Source of the DNA: Candidatus Thalassarchaeaceae archaeon
GTDB lineage: Archaea; Thermoplasmatota; Poseidoniia; Poseidoniales; Thalassarchaeaceae
NCBI GenBank assembly: GCA_045568235.1
Contig: JBJLBJ010000026.1
Location: 2,103 to 66,102, forward strand
Direction: 5' to 3'
DNA length: 64,000 bases
The position numbers and the translations under genes are program-made. The notes beneath the pieces are model-generated. The model did not search any database. It was not told where the DNA came from and saw nothing but the letters and a program-made list of their open reading frames with translations. Positions 17,612 through 29,027 of this stretch are shown here, one piece after another (the first letter of the stretch is position 1; the number at the start of each line of letters is the position of its first letter).

Positions 17612-20600
17612 ATGATTGGACATTTGTTCCTCTTAATATCAGCTATAATCTTCTTAATGCTTAAAGTTAGTAAGAAATGGATGTTAATTCCAAGACTTTA
17701 TACCCGATTGATAATATCACTTGTGATATTTGTTGATGCCTATTTTGGATTATTATATAATGAAGGCTTTCTAAACATATTAAACACATTACTTGATAAT
17801 AGATTACCTAATGAAAAAGGCTTCATATGGTTACTACAGTTAATACAAGCAATATGTGCTGGTTTTGGATTTGTAAAGATAATATTCGATGATTTACCAA
17901 AAAATATCTTTAGACAAATATCTATTAGTCTAACTCCTTTATTCATAATTTTTCTTTTATGGATATGTTTTGATGCACTCATCCAAGGAAGAAACCAAAC
18001 AGCAACATCTTATTTTGATTTAGTGCAAATAACTTTCTCCACCTTTAGATGGGCTGCAATTTATCTTTCAATAGCCGTTGCATTAACTCTTACTTACAAA
18101 GTTCAAAGATATGGTAATTTTGCTCAAAGTGAATATTTTATGCTTGGTATGTATGTTTCCATAGCATTAATATGGACAGACTATTTTATACCGCTGACAA
18201 TGTCTCCAGCAGATGGAGTTTTACTTTGGTCTGTTCTATTTTATGTCTTATTGGCGGCCTTCTTTTTGACCGGTATAGCAGGATTAATGATAGATAGACT
18301 AGTATACAAAGACTTCCGAAAAAAGAAAGCATCACCACAGGTAATGATGATCGCTTCTTTAGGGGTTGCACTAATTCTTAGGGCAATAGTTTGGTTAAGA
18401 TTCAGCTCAAGAAATAGATTATTTCAACCAGATAAAGACTGGAGGATAACTACAGATTCTCCTATCGGCCAATTATGGAAAATACCTACATATAAATTAA
18501 AATTAAATTTTGGTAAAAATTCATTAGAAGACGGCGAATATTATACATCAGCTCATTGTGAAATAAATAATGGTGTTGCAAGTCAAAAACAATTAGATCA
18601 TATTCCATCTTTTGAATTTTATAAGCTCGATACAGATTGTACATCTCAATTAGAAACAGGTATAGCATTTTATAACGGTCCAACACCTGTAGTAGTCTTT
18701 ACATCTGTATTCTTATTACTATTTTTACTGAAAAAAACTAGACTTGGACGCAGGATGAGAGCAGTTGCTGATAATCCAGAATTAGCAGCAAGTAGTGGCA
18801 TAAATGTAGAAAGAATCCACAGTTACAGTGCTTTCCTATCTGCAGGATTATGTGGTGTTGGTGGAGCAGTGTTTGCAATGACTTTAAAATTCTCACCAAT
18901 AACTGCTTTTACTCTTTTATTACCTTCTTTTGCAGTAATCGTTTTAGGGACAATAGGATCTATAGAAGGTGCAATTATAGCCTCATTGATTGTTGGTTTC
19001 ATTAGAGCCATGTCTTTACCAATCCTTGCAGGTTTAGGTCAAAATTTAGGAAGGGGAACATATGCTAATTTTGAGGTAGTTACTCCTTATCTTTTCTTAA
19101 TTGCAATTTTACTTATTCTTCCTGAAGGTATAGGCAATGCCTATGAAAAATGGAAAATAGATAGATTGAGAAAACAAGCAGAAGAGAATATCAAACCTTC
19201 TAGGGACACCGGAGTAATACTTTCAATATTCTTTGGATGGGTAGGACTTCATAATCTTCAACAAAGGAAAAAATCACGCTTTTCAAATATGGCAGGTTTG
19301 ACGGTATTTGCATATTTAATTAATAAATTAACAGGTTTTATTGATAAAAATTCTTTTTCCAGAAACGCATCACCTATGAGAGAAGGGTTAGGATTTTCAT
19401 CAGATTCCAACTTTGAGATGAGAACAGGTAGGACTGATTGGACATTTTTACCCTCAGATTCTCAATTAGAAATCGAGCATGTAGTAACTAATCCTCCCTC
19501 GGATGTTGCTCCATATTTACATGAAAACTGGCGTCAAAATACTCTTGATGAGATGCGAAATTCTTGGGCAGATTTGATGAATAATGAAATATTATTTTTG
19601 GACATTATTACTTTCCTAGGGGATTTATTATGGCCAACAATACCTATTTTGGTTTGGATTTTTGCCCTTGTAGAAGGGTACTTTCTGTATACTGATAAAA
19701 GTCAAGATCCGTTAATAATTATCAAATCATATATTTCAAAAATTACTAATCCAATATCAGAAAAAATGAATAATTATAATAATTTAAAACCTTCTTTAGA
19801 AATCTTTAATATCAAACTAATTAGTAAAAAAATACCAAAAATTGATATTAAAATAAATAAAAGTGCATATTTCTTATTGATTCTATTTATTTTCACTAAT
19901 TCATTTTTATTTAAGTTTGTACTATTTTCTTCAATACTATGGATTGTTGTTTTATCTTATAAAAAAGATTCCAAGTTAACATTGGTAGATCAATTGACAA
20001 AAAAATCAACATATGGTAGGGAAGGAATCTTTTTATCGAATATGGTTTTTGTTACATTGATTATTCTATTCATTTTGATTATTTTATGGATGCCTGTTGC
20101 TGAAGATGCAGCAAACGCTAAATTAATTAGAACATTTAATATTTCAAATATTTTATTATCGATTTCAATTTTCATTCTTATGGGATTCTGTCTAAATTTA
20201 CACACTGGAGTTACGGGAATGGTTAATTTTGGTATTATTTTCTTTGTAGGTATAGGGGCTATATCTGTAGGTATATTAACAGGCCCTGTAAAGTATAATG
20301 GTTATGAATGGCCAATATTCTGGGCAGTATTTATCGGAGTGCTGATTTCAGCAGCATTTGGGTGGATACTTGCCTATCCAACTGCAAGGCTAAGAACTGA
20401 CTATTTTGCTATTGTAACAATTTCTTTAGGTGAAATACTCAGAGTTATTCTTAATTCTGAGCCATTAGTTCAGTCATACAACACAACCGCAAGTTGGTCA
20501 AGTCCAGTTCCAGGCGTTTCTTATTATCCACTTCCTTTAGAAAAATGGTGGTTTTGTGGTGATTCTGCACCTCTTGATTGGGTTACTAGTGAACCTTTGG

Positions 20601-21514
20601 AAAGTTATACAGCATTAGATTGTAGCACAGCAATTGGTGGAACTACGATACCTTCAGATCTACACCCAGATGGTATCCCTCAAAATATTGATAGCATGTC
20701 AACATACTTTATGGATATTTTAAGTCTTGAGACTGGCGCTCCGTACGTAATGCTATTATCCTTTATTGCTCTTCTTTCAGTTATTTCTATTTGGATAATT
20801 CTTAATATTTTACTCAGTTCACCATGGGGTAGAATATTAAAATCAATTAGAGAAGATGAAGAAGTTGCACAACACCATGGCCACGATGTTCTTACTTACA
20901 AAGCCTCAAGCCTTGCAGTTGGAGCAGCCATTGCAGCACTTGCAGGTGCATTCTGGGCATGGCAATTACGAAGTTTCCAACCTTCTTTCATGCTTCCTGC
21001 TACAACTACATTTTTGGTTTGGGCCGCTTTCATAATTGGTGGTTCAGGCAATAATAAAGGAGTAATCGTTGGATCATGTATTATTATACTTTCACAATAT
21101 ATTTTCAGAGTTTTAGCTACTGGGCAAGCATCCTCAGACTTACCCTTACACGACACCGCCCTTTTCATTGATGAAATTTTTAGATGGCTAGTAATTGATT
21201 ACTATGAAGTTATGATACTATTCATATTATTAATTTTATTAGGTACAATATTACAAAAACAGAATATTTCTGAAATTGGTTTTTGGGGGTGTATAACCTT
21301 CTTTATTTACAGCAACCTGACTAGTGACTATTCTCTTTCTCAATCATTCAGAGATGTTGATTTTGATGGTAATTATGATATTATTTCTGAAATGTCATAT
21401 GTTAATGTTTTATTGGTTGGTTTTGTTCTATTGTTTTCTTTAAAATATAATCCAAAAGGAATATTACCAGAAGTTCCTAATCGGCCATTAAGGCCAGAAA
21501 ATGGTGGTGATTAA
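17612..21514 (+). CDS. fused LivH-LivM branched-chain/hydrophobic amino-acid ABC permease with long inserts and a ~300-aa TM linker
   Basis: 1300 aa. LivH-type blocks are [13 protein letters not shown] and [23 protein letters not shown]...[10 protein letters not shown]. LivM-type blocks are [14 protein letters not shown] and [23 protein letters not shown]...[20 protein letters not shown]. The linker contains a TM2-like helix pair ([20 protein letters not shown]). Confidence 0.85.
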   Translation: MIGHLFLLISAIIFLMLKVSKKWMLIPRLYTRLIISLVIFVDAYFGLLYNEGFLNILNTLLDNRLPNEKGFIWLLQLIQAICAGFGFVKIIFDDLPKNIFRQISISLTPLFIIFLLWICFDALIQGRNQTATSYFDLVQITFSTFRWAAIYLSIAVALTLTYKVQRYGNFAQSEYFMLGMYVSIALIWTDYFIPLTMSPADGVLLWSVLFYVLLAAFFLTGIAGLMIDRLVYKDFRKKKASPQVMMIASLGVALILRAIVWLRFSSRNRLFQPDKDWRITTDSPIGQLWKIPTYKLKLNFGKNSLEDGEYYTSAHCEINNGVASQKQLDHIPSFEFYKLDTDCTSQLETGIAFYNGPTPVVVFTSVFLLLFLLKKTRLGRRMRAVADNPELAASSGINVERIHSYSAFLSAGLCGVGGAVFAMTLKFSPITAFTLLLPSFAVIVLGTIGSIEGAIIASLIVGFIRAMSLPILAGLGQNLGRGTYANFEVVTPYLFLIAILLILPEGIGNAYEKWKIDRLRKQAEENIKPSRDTGVILSIFFGWVGLHNLQQRKKSRFSNMAGLTVFAYLINKLTGFIDKNSFSRNASPMREGLGFSSDSNFEMRTGRTDWTFLPSDSQLEIEHVVTNPPSDVAPYLHENWRQNTLDEMRNSWADLMNNEILFLDIITFLGDLLWPTIPILVWIFALVEGYFLYTDKSQDPLIIIKSYISKITNPISEKMNNYNNLKPSLEIFNIKLISKKIPKIDIKINKSAYFLLILFIFTNSFLFKFVLFSSILWIVVLSYKKDSKLTLVDQLTKKSTYGREGIFLSNMVFVTLIILFILIILWMPVAEDAANAKLIRTFNISNILLSISIFILMGFCLNLHTGVTGMVNFGIIFFVGIGAISVGILTGPVKYNGYEWPIFWAVFIGVLISAAFGWILAYPTARLRTDYFAIVTISLGEILRVILNSEPLVQSYNTTASWSSPVPGVSYYPLPLEKWWFCGDSAPLDWVTSEPLESYTALDCSTAIGGTTIPSDLHPDGIPQNIDSMSTYFMDILSLETGAPYVMLLSFIALLSVISIWIILNILLSSPWGRILKSIREDEEVAQHHGHDVLTYKASSLAVGAAIAALAGAFWAWQLRSFQPSFMLPATTTFLVWAAFIIGGSGNNKGVIVGSCIIILSQYIFRVLATGQASSDLPLHDTALFIDEIFRWLVIDYYEVMILFILLILLGTILQKQNISEIGFWGCITFFIYSNLTSDYSLSQSFRDVDFDGNYDIISEMSYVNVLLVGFVLLFSLKYNPKGILPEVPNRPLRPENGGD

Positions 21515-21516
21515 TA

Positions 21517-22284
21517 ATGAGTGAAGATACTGTTCTACGGGTGAACAAATTAAAAAAAGAATTTGGAGGTTTGGTAGCAGTAAAAGACGTCTCCTTTGAA
21601 ATAAAGTCAGGAGAATTTGTAGGTCTTATTGGTCCAAATGGTTGTGGTAAATCCACAACTTTCAATTGTATTAGTGGATTATTAAGTCAAACATCGGGAG
21701 AAATTGAGGCATTTGGAACTGATATTTCACAAATGAGGCCAGATCAGATTCAAAAACTTGGTTTTACCCGTACATTTCAACATACACGTTTATGGCATCA
21801 GATGACCGTAATAGAAAATTTGATGGTTCCACCACGGCGTCAATACTCTCCAAATGTACTAAAATCTTTATTTATGCCCAAAACACGTCCTAATGAAAAA
21901 ATCAGACTATCCAATGCTTATGACGCATTAGATCAACTTGAAGTCCCACATATGGCTCATAACTTAGCAAGTGAATTATCAGGAGGTCAGAGTAAATTAG
22001 TTGATATCGGCCGTTCTTTAATGGGCGATCCGCAATTACTTCTGCTTGATGAACCAGTAGCAGGAGTTGCAGGACCTCTTGCAATGAAAATATTCAATAA
22101 TCTACGTAGAATTGTGAATGAAACTGGCATATCTGTTTTAATTATAGAACATAATATGGATTTTATCCTCCGCCAAGGCGTAGATCGCATTATAGTGATG
22201 AATGAAGGAGAAATTTTGATGGTCGGCACTCCAGATGAAGTTAAGAAAAATAGAGAAGTCATTGAGGCCTATTTAGGGGAATGA
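21517..22284 (+). CDS. livG: ABC transporter ATP-binding protein, LivG type
   Basis: 255 aa. Walker A is GPNGCGKST, the signature is LSGGQSKLV, Walker B is LLLLDEP, and the LivG-type tail is EAYLG. Confidence 0.9.
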   Translation: MSEDTVLRVNKLKKEFGGLVAVKDVSFEIKSGEFVGLIGPNGCGKSTTFNCISGLLSQTSGEIEAFGTDISQMRPDQIQKLGFTRTFQHTRLWHQMTVIENLMVPPRRQYSPNVLKSLFMPKTRPNEKIRLSNAYDALDQLEVPHMAHNLASELSGGQSKLVDIGRSLMGDPQLLLLDEPVAGVAGPLAMKIFNNLRRIVNETGISVLIIEHNMDFILRQGVDRIIVMNEGEILMVGTPDEVKKNREVIEAYLGE

Positions 22285-22293
22285 GGAATTAAT

Positions 22294-23013
22294 ATGTCAA
22301 AAATACTTGAAGTAACTGGGTTAGAAGGAGGATATGATACTGTCCAGATTTTGCATGGTATTGATTTGTATGTCAATGAAGGTGAATTTGTAACTATAAT
22401 AGGGCCAAATGGTTGTGGAAAATCAACCTTTATTAAAGTAATTTTTGGTATTGCTACACACTACAGTGGTGATGTATTGTATAATAATGAATCAATCACC
22501 AATTGGCGAACGGATCAGTTAGTAAATAACGGAATTTCCTATGTTCCTCAAGTTGACAATGTATTCCCTTCATTATCTATTTTTGAAAATTTACAGATGG
22601 GAGGTAATAATTTACCAACTAAGGTACTAAATGAGAGAATAGAGGAAGCATTGATCATGTTTCCAGATTTAAAAACAAGAATACATGATCTTGCTGCTTC
22701 ATTATCAGGAGGTGAAAGACAAATGTTAGCAATCTCAAGAGCATTGATTTCAAAACCAAAATTTCTTCTTTTAGATGAGCCAACAGCTGCATTATCTCCA
22801 TTGTATCAATCTCAAATTATTGAGAAAATAGATAAATTAAGGGATACAGGAATTACCATATTGATAGTTGAACAAAATGCCCGACTCTCTCTTGCTCGTT
22901 CTGATAGAGGATATATTTTTGCGAACGGTAAAGTAGTGCATACAGGAAAGGCAACAGATATTCTCAATGACCCCGAAATAGGTGAATACTTTTTAGGGAA
23001 TAAATCAGACTAA
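22294..23013 (+). CDS. livF: ABC transporter ATP-binding protein, LivF type
   Basis: 239 aa. Motifs are [25 protein letters not shown] and a YFLG tail. A GAGGA SD lies upstream. Confidence 0.9.
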   Translation: MSKILEVTGLEGGYDTVQILHGIDLYVNEGEFVTIIGPNGCGKSTFIKVIFGIATHYSGDVLYNNESITNWRTDQLVNNGISYVPQVDNVFPSLSIFENLQMGGNNLPTKVLNERIEEALIMFPDLKTRIHDLAASLSGGERQMLAISRALISKPKFLLLDEPTAALSPLYQSQIIEKIDKLRDTGITILIVEQNARLSLARSDRGYIFANGKVVHTGKATDILNDPEIGEYFLGNKSD

Positions 23014-24036
23014 CTATTCAGTCAATGATTTATACATGAATGGAAATGATATATCCATTCTGTAATCTATTGAAGAATGATTATCATCAAACTCTTCATG
23101 AATATGTTCTATTCCTAATACCTTCAGTTTGTCAGATAATTGCCTTGCTCCAAAATGAAGATTATATTGATCTTTAAATCCACAATCAATATATATGCCC
23201 TTCAAACTCTTGAGATTTTCTTGAACATCAACACGATCAATCATGACAACAGGATCATTTTTCAACCATTCTGCCCATCTAACTTGATCTACAACACATG
23301 TTCTTAGGTCAACAGGTAGTCTAATTCCCATAGGTGCGTTTGGATCAGGATCATAGAATGCACCCATTGCCACCATCATCAAAACGTGAAAATCATCATG
23401 ACTAATTTTCTTTGAAGATTTAACATGATCGAGAAAATTTTGTATCCCTCCATGTTTTTCTAATTGCGTTACCGATTTAGGAAAATCACCCATAAATAAA
23501 GACTCAAAACCCATGTCTCCCGAGTGACATGCTAATGCACCCCAATAATCAGAGTACAACATACCGTGTACTATCGCTCCATATCCTCCGCTAGATTTAC
23601 CAAATACTCCTCGGTTTTCTCTTCCCTTTTTCACTGGGAATTTTTTCTCAATTATCGGAATCATTTCTTTAGTTAAAAAATCAGCCCAATTACCAGTAGC
23701 CAAACTATTGATGTATTGATTCCCTCCTAGAGTTGTGAAACAATCAGGAAAAGCAATGATAACCTCTCCCATTTTCTCCTCACTTACCAATCTTTCAACT
23801 CTTTGAGGGACTGATTCTGCAAACGGTTTCCAATTAGTATGTGCAAATCCACTACCTGTATATCCAACCAAATCAACAAACAACGGATATTTTCCACCTT
23901 TATCCCAATCTGGAGGTAGATATATTGCTACTTGTCTAGTATTAGGATCTCCTAGCATATTTCCGTCAATAGCTTTGGAATCTATAGTTAAAATCTTTAT
24001 TTCTCCCTTGATTGTACCAAATGTATGACTAGGCAT
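23014..24036 (-). CDS. esterase-D/enterochelin-esterase-like alpha/beta hydrolase (putative esterase family)
   Basis: 340 aa. YPLFVDLVGYTGSG and the GVFGKSSGGYGA nucleophile elbow (GxSxG) are present. The gene abuts the livF stop with 0 nt between the convergent genes. Confidence 0.7.
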   Translation of the reverse strand: MPSHTFGTIKGEIKILTIDSKAIDGNMLGDPNTRQVAIYLPPDWDKGGKYPLFVDLVGYTGSGFAHTNWKPFAESVPQRVERLVSEEKMGEVIIAFPDCFTTLGGNQYINSLATGNWADFLTKEMIPIIEKKFPVKKGRENRGVFGKSSGGYGAIVHGMLYSDYWGALACHSGDMGFESLFMGDFPKSVTQLEKHGGIQNFLDHVKSSKKISHDDFHVLMMVAMGAFYDPDPNAPMGIRLPVDLRTCVVDQVRWAEWLKNDPVVMIDRVDVQENLKSLKGIYIDCGFKDQYNLHFGARQLSDKLKVLGIEHIHEEFDDNHSSIDYRMDISFPFMYKSLTE

Positions 24037-24037
24037 A

Positions 24038-24553
24038 TTATTCTCTCCTTAATTCTAGTTTGACAAAACTTCCTTCACCATGGACTCTACACATCATACT
24101 AGGTTTTACTCCATCTGACATTATTCTAAGATGAATTTCAGCAGTTATGGTTACTGTGGCACTGAACAAATGCCCTCCTAATACATTCATATCGTCATCA
24201 GACATGATGATATGTATGTGAGTGAAAGGGCCATCAGGACCGGGACAGAGATTACCCTGAGTTGATAATAATTCTACTGGACCAGAATATGTTGTTTTTT
24301 GATAAACTCCATCAGAATCAAGATAAGCAACTTCTGCATCATGTACTCTCCCGATTCCACTCGTTATTACAGCACTCTCTATTCCTTTATGTGACAAACT
24401 TTGTATTGACTCATGAATTTCTTCTCCGGGGTCTAATCTAACAAAAACATCTCTGCCTGACACTATGTGTTCCATAATTCGGGATAAACTTCTTTTCTTT
24501 AAGGTCTCGATTATAAAATTCAATATCTCGGCTAAATTAGAATTATTCTCCAC
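24038..24553 (-). CDS. PPC/DUF296-domain protein
   Basis: 171 aa from GTG, or 146 aa from ATG 24475 (a more typical size). VRLDPGEEIHESI...AVITSGIGRVHDAEVAY ... ELLSTQGNL ... HIHI...GGHL is the PPC (DUF296) pattern. Confidence 0.65.
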   Translation of the reverse strand: MENNSNLAEILNFIIETLKKRSLSRIMEHIVSGRDVFVRLDPGEEIHESIQSLSHKGIESAVITSGIGRVHDAEVAYLDSDGVYQKTTYSGPVELLSTQGNLCPGPDGPFTHIHIIMSDDDMNVLGGHLFSATVTITAEIHLRIMSDGVKPSMMCRVHGEGSFVKLELRRE

Positions 24554-24684
24554 TAGAAGTTTTTTTTACTAAATTTTATTACAAGATATCATTTATCTTT
24601 CCAGTGGAAATAAAGGGGTTACATTCGGTATCCAATTTGATTATGTACCTCCCCTCTAGTTCAGCAAAGCCCGGAGGACAATTG

Positions 24685-26847
24685 ATGACTATTCATGTAC
24701 AAGATTCTAGTGCAAGATGGAAAACTTTTCTCACAACTGCCAAAGAAGATGAGATATTGTTACTACTTACAAAACAGTCCCAAACCCCAGTTTTAAAAAT
24801 AGATTTTCATGAGTTACAATCCTTTGATTCTGAATTTGCTGATTGGATTCTAAAAGATCCTCGTGCGGTACTGGATAGTGGATCTAAGATGTTAAATGAT
24901 CTCTGCCTTGAAAGAGGGGGTTCTGTTGTTCATTGTCTAATTAGAATAGGTGAATTACCAGGCGATGCTAGAATCCATTTACGAGAAATTGGCAGTGAAT
25001 CAATTGGAAAATTCTGTAGTGTTGATGTTGTTGTGAATAAGGTCTCAGAAATCAAACCTAGGTTATATATGTCCACATTCAAGTGTGAAACATGTGGCTT
25101 TGAACAAGATGTCGAGCAAAAAGATGAAAGAGAATTGAAAGAACCTTTGAGATGTCTTGAAATAAAAGGAGGTTGCGGTTCTTTCGCTCGAAAGGGAGAG
25201 ACTACGTTTCAATTAATGATGCAAGCATCTAAGATGATCAACAATCAATTAATAGAGGTTTCAGAACTTCCTGAGAATGTTCCTAGCGGCTCACAACCAA
25301 CAAGAGGTATATTATTCCTTGAGAGAGATCTAGTTCTTACTCTAGTGCCCGGAGATAGAATTTCTGCCAATGTTATTCCACAAGTAAGACCAGAATTCAA
25401 AAGAAATAAAAAAACACCAATGTTTGAAATTGTTTATGATTTAATTAGTGCAGAGCATGAATCTACCCCATTTACTGAAATTGATATCGATGATGAAGAT
25501 ACTGAAACAATAATAGAAATTTCAAAAAGACCGGATTTACTTACATATATGTATAAATCAATTGCACCTTCAATATTTGCTGCCGACGCAAAATTAGAAT
25601 ATGTCAAAAGAACTTTAGCGTTACAATTGTTTGGCGGTGTTTCTAGACTCAATAGTGATGGTACTCGTTCACGAGGAGACATACATATTCTTTTGATGGG
25701 AGATCCTGGTGTAGCTAAATCTCAATTATTAAAATACATGTCACATATTTCTCCTAGAGGAAAATATGCTTCTGGAGGAGGAGTATCAGCTGCAGGCCTT
25801 ACTGCAGCAGCAGTAAAAGATGCATTCAACGATGGGCGTTTTGCTCTTGAAGCAGGAATTCTTCCACTTTCTGATCGAGGCCTCGCTGCAATTGATGAAT
25901 TTGATAAAATAACAAAATCAGATAGAGGCTCTATGCATGAGGCAATGGAGCAACAAAGTATACACATAGCAAAAGGAGGACTCACTGCCCGTCTCCCTAC
26001 AAGATGTGCAGTTCTAGCAGCAGCAAATCCTAAAGATGGACGATTTTCAAATAGGAATAATAGATCTTCTGTACTATATTCATTTCAAGAAACTGGATTA
26101 CCTCCACCACTAGCGTCACGTTTTGATGTTATTTGGTTGTTGAGAGATGAGATTGCTTTACAAAATGATGAAAGAATTGCTAAGCATATTTTGGCAACCC
26201 GTGCAAGAGGAACTACAGAATCTATGAGAGATAAAGGACTAATTATCGATAAACCAAGAGAAGAGGGTATTACAAACATCGGCGTTGATGGTAATGAACA
26301 TTTGACCACTTCATTTTTGAGAAAATATGTAGCTTATGCGAAATTAAACGTTTATCCACAATTAAATGAAAAAGCAAGATTATTATTGCTTGAATTTTAT
26401 AGAGATGAAAGGCAAGCATTTTACAGAGAAGATCAACCAGACGATTATGATGATAAAACTAGTAAAGTTCCAATAACAGCCAGAGCTCTCGAGGCATTAA
26501 GTAGACTGGCCGAAGCTCACGCTAGAATGCATTTGAGAGATATAGGAACTGAGAAAGATGCAGAGGTTGCAATAGCCATTTTTAAACATTGGAGGACAGA
26601 AGGCAATGTTGGAGATGAATCCGAATTCCATAGTGAAAGAGCTGCTAAACAAATTAACCCAAATAAAGTAGTTCGGCAAATAATCACAAAATTATGTGAA
26701 GAAAAAGGTGAAGCATTAATTAAAGAAATATATGAAGCTTCTAAGAAAGCTAAAATAAAACCATTTGAAGTAGATCGTATTATCGCTACCCTCAGACAAG
26801 GGGGACTATTATTTAATCCAAGAGAAGGTGTTTATTCGTTCGCTTAA
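24685..26847 (+). CDS. mcm: MCM replicative helicase
   Basis: The ORF is open from GTG 24604. ATG 24685 has GGAGGA 7 nt upstream, and ATG 24643 is also possible. Present: Zn motif CETCGFE...C...GGCG, Walker A GDPGVAKSQLL, Walker B AAIDEFDK, arginine-finger block SRFDVIW, and a C-terminal winged helix. Confidence 0.9.
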   Translation: MTIHVQDSSARWKTFLTTAKEDEILLLLTKQSQTPVLKIDFHELQSFDSEFADWILKDPRAVLDSGSKMLNDLCLERGGSVVHCLIRIGELPGDARIHLREIGSESIGKFCSVDVVVNKVSEIKPRLYMSTFKCETCGFEQDVEQKDERELKEPLRCLEIKGGCGSFARKGETTFQLMMQASKMINNQLIEVSELPENVPSGSQPTRGILFLERDLVLTLVPGDRISANVIPQVRPEFKRNKKTPMFEIVYDLISAEHESTPFTEIDIDDEDTETIIEISKRPDLLTYMYKSIAPSIFAADAKLEYVKRTLALQLFGGVSRLNSDGTRSRGDIHILLMGDPGVAKSQLLKYMSHISPRGKYASGGGVSAAGLTAAAVKDAFNDGRFALEAGILPLSDRGLAAIDEFDKITKSDRGSMHEAMEQQSIHIAKGGLTARLPTRCAVLAAANPKDGRFSNRNNRSSVLYSFQETGLPPPLASRFDVIWLLRDEIALQNDERIAKHILATRARGTTESMRDKGLIIDKPREEGITNIGVDGNEHLTTSFLRKYVAYAKLNVYPQLNEKARLLLLEFYRDERQAFYREDQPDDYDDKTSKVPITARALEALSRLAEAHARMHLRDIGTEKDAEVAIAIFKHWRTEGNVGDESEFHSERAAKQINPNKVVRQIITKLCEEKGEALIKEIYEASKKAKIKPFEVDRIIATLRQGGLLFNPREGVYSFA

Positions 26848-26870
26848 TATTACATCATTAATAGTGAAAT

Positions 26871-28955
26871 ATGAAAGGCAAAGACCTCTCGAATACTATT
26901 ATTATGGAGCCGATAGGAGATATTTCAGATCCTGAAAATCTTAATCCTGACATATTAGGATTTATGTGCGGCTTGGAAATACACCAGCAATTAGATACTG
27001 GAAAATTACATTCAAGAATGCCAAGTAAATTATTTGATTATAAATTTGATGAAATCCCTCCAACATGGAAAAAATCTGCACGAAAACTTAGAGCAGCACG
27101 CGGAGAAGGAGGAGAAATTGATGTTGCAGCAAGATTTGAACATCGTCGAAAACGCTCCTTTATTTATTTTCAATCTCCAAATGCAAGTCTAATTGAATTA
27201 GATGAAGCACCACCGGATACACACGATAATGATGCAGTGGATGTCGTATTGACAATTTCTGCAATGATGAATGCAAAACCAGTCACAGCATTACAGGTTA
27301 TGCGTAAGACTGTTGTAGATGGATCTAATACAAGTGGTTTTCAGAGAACTACTTTAATAGCCAATCAAGGTATTTTAGAAACTAAATCCGGAAACGTAGG
27401 GATAGATGTGATTTGTCTTGAAGAAGACTCTGCTAGGAAACTTATTACTGAAAAGACATCTAATGGTGATATAGTGTATTACAATTTAGATAGATTGGGA
27501 ATCCCATTAGTAGAGATAGCAACTGCACCTGACATCATTTCTCCCGAGCATGCCAAAGAAAGTGCAATTGGATTGGGAACTTTACTTCGAGACACTCGTA
27601 GAGTACGTAGGGGATTAGGCTCAATTCGTCAAGATCTAAATGTGAGTATTTCTTGTGGAGATAGAGTGGAAATAAAAGGATGCCAAGATCTAGACTGGAT
27701 TCCCAAAATAATACGTTTAGAAATGGCTCGTCAGATACATATGTATAGATTAGCAAATGAATTACGTAGTGAAGCAAATCTTCCACAATTATCTCCTAAT
27801 AGGTCTAATGATGAAGTACCAGTTGAAAATAGGGTTGCATTACATGTTAAATCAAAAATCAAACATGAAATACATGATGTTACAAAATTATTTTTGAATT
27901 GTGAATCAAGTATGCTACAAAACTCGATATCAAATAATGAAGTCGTTAAATGTATAATTTTACCGGGTTTTGCTGGTAAATTAGGCAGTAAAAAAAATGA
28001 TATCCATGGCTCCCAATTACCAAGACTAGGAAGAGAATTAGCAAGTGCAGCAAAATTAGCTGGAGTTGCAGGAATATTTCATTCCGATGAATTACCTGCA
28101 TATGGAATTACAGATTCAGAGGTAAGTTCTGTTGCCAAAAATCTTTCTTTATCAGATAAAGACGCTTTTGTATTGTGTGTCGCTCCCGATTGGCAATCAG
28201 ATTTAGCTTTAGAATCGGTATTAAATAGAGCAAGATCAGCATATCATAGGATTATAAAAGAAGTTAGAAATGTTGTAATTAGAAAAGGTCAACCAGATGA
28301 TGGAACAACTACTGCAATGCGACCACTACCAGGGGGTGCACGTATGTATCCAGAGACAGATGTGCCAATTCTCAACATAAAAAAAGAAAGATGGCAAAAA
28401 ATATTGAGTAATTTACCACTTACTCAGCAAGAACGTTATGAAAGAGTTTCAGAAATAGGAGTTTCCAATAATCAAATAGATGCTGTGATAAGGGCAGAAT
28501 TAGATGATGTATTAATACAAGGAATTGAAGGAAAAATTGATGATTCTATTCCTCCTCTTCCAGCAAAAGCATGGGCAACAGCAATTTTGGAAAATCCTGA
28601 AAAAATATCCTTCCCGGTGCTGGCCTCTTCCATACACCTCCGAGAATCTAATTTATTGACACGAGAGGGAGTTATACCAATTAGTAAATTAGCTATAAAT
28701 TCTAACATCTTAAATTCTAATCTTGTCTATTGGATGCAGAAAAAAGTTTCAGATTTAGGATATTCTCCAGCCAATACCGATGATGTTGAAGTTGCCATTG
28801 ATGAAGCAATCAATGAAATGAATGAAATGGTAAAGGATAGAGGTTTTGGAGCTATAGGGCCACTAATGGGAGTAGTTATGAAGAAACTAGGAGGTACTGC
28901 GGACGGTAAGTTAGTAAATAAATTATTAAAATCAAAAATTGAAGATTTAATATAA
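26871..28955 (+). CDS. gatE: Glu-tRNA(Gln) amidotransferase subunit E (archaeal GatE)
   Basis: 694 aa. GLEIHQQLDTGKL, the GatB/E core (LEEDSARK, GIPLVEIATAPD, LRQDLNVSI), an AspRS-like insertion and a YqeY-like tail are present. Confidence 0.9.
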   Translation: MKGKDLSNTIIMEPIGDISDPENLNPDILGFMCGLEIHQQLDTGKLHSRMPSKLFDYKFDEIPPTWKKSARKLRAARGEGGEIDVAARFEHRRKRSFIYFQSPNASLIELDEAPPDTHDNDAVDVVLTISAMMNAKPVTALQVMRKTVVDGSNTSGFQRTTLIANQGILETKSGNVGIDVICLEEDSARKLITEKTSNGDIVYYNLDRLGIPLVEIATAPDIISPEHAKESAIGLGTLLRDTRRVRRGLGSIRQDLNVSISCGDRVEIKGCQDLDWIPKIIRLEMARQIHMYRLANELRSEANLPQLSPNRSNDEVPVENRVALHVKSKIKHEIHDVTKLFLNCESSMLQNSISNNEVVKCIILPGFAGKLGSKKNDIHGSQLPRLGRELASAAKLAGVAGIFHSDELPAYGITDSEVSSVAKNLSLSDKDAFVLCVAPDWQSDLALESVLNRARSAYHRIIKEVRNVVIRKGQPDDGTTTAMRPLPGGARMYPETDVPILNIKKERWQKILSNLPLTQQERYERVSEIGVSNNQIDAVIRAELDDVLIQGIEGKIDDSIPPLPAKAWATAILENPEKISFPVLASSIHLRESNLLTREGVIPISKLAINSNILNSNLVYWMQKKVSDLGYSPANTDDVEVAIDEAINEMNEMVKDRGFGAIGPLMGVVMKKLGGTADGKLVNKLLKSKIEDLI

Positions 28956-29027
28956 TTAAATATAATAAAAAAAGCGATTTAATTTAACAGCAATATTTAT
29001 TGTGGTTATTTTATTCGTTAGAATTCC

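Noticed and set aside
24554-24684. Possible replication origin in the divergent spacer next to mcm
   Set aside because: There are no repeated ORB or mini-ORB-like elements and no long AT-rich unwinding element. Archaeal origins associate with orc1/cdc6 rather than mcm, and no orc1/cdc6 gene is in the window.
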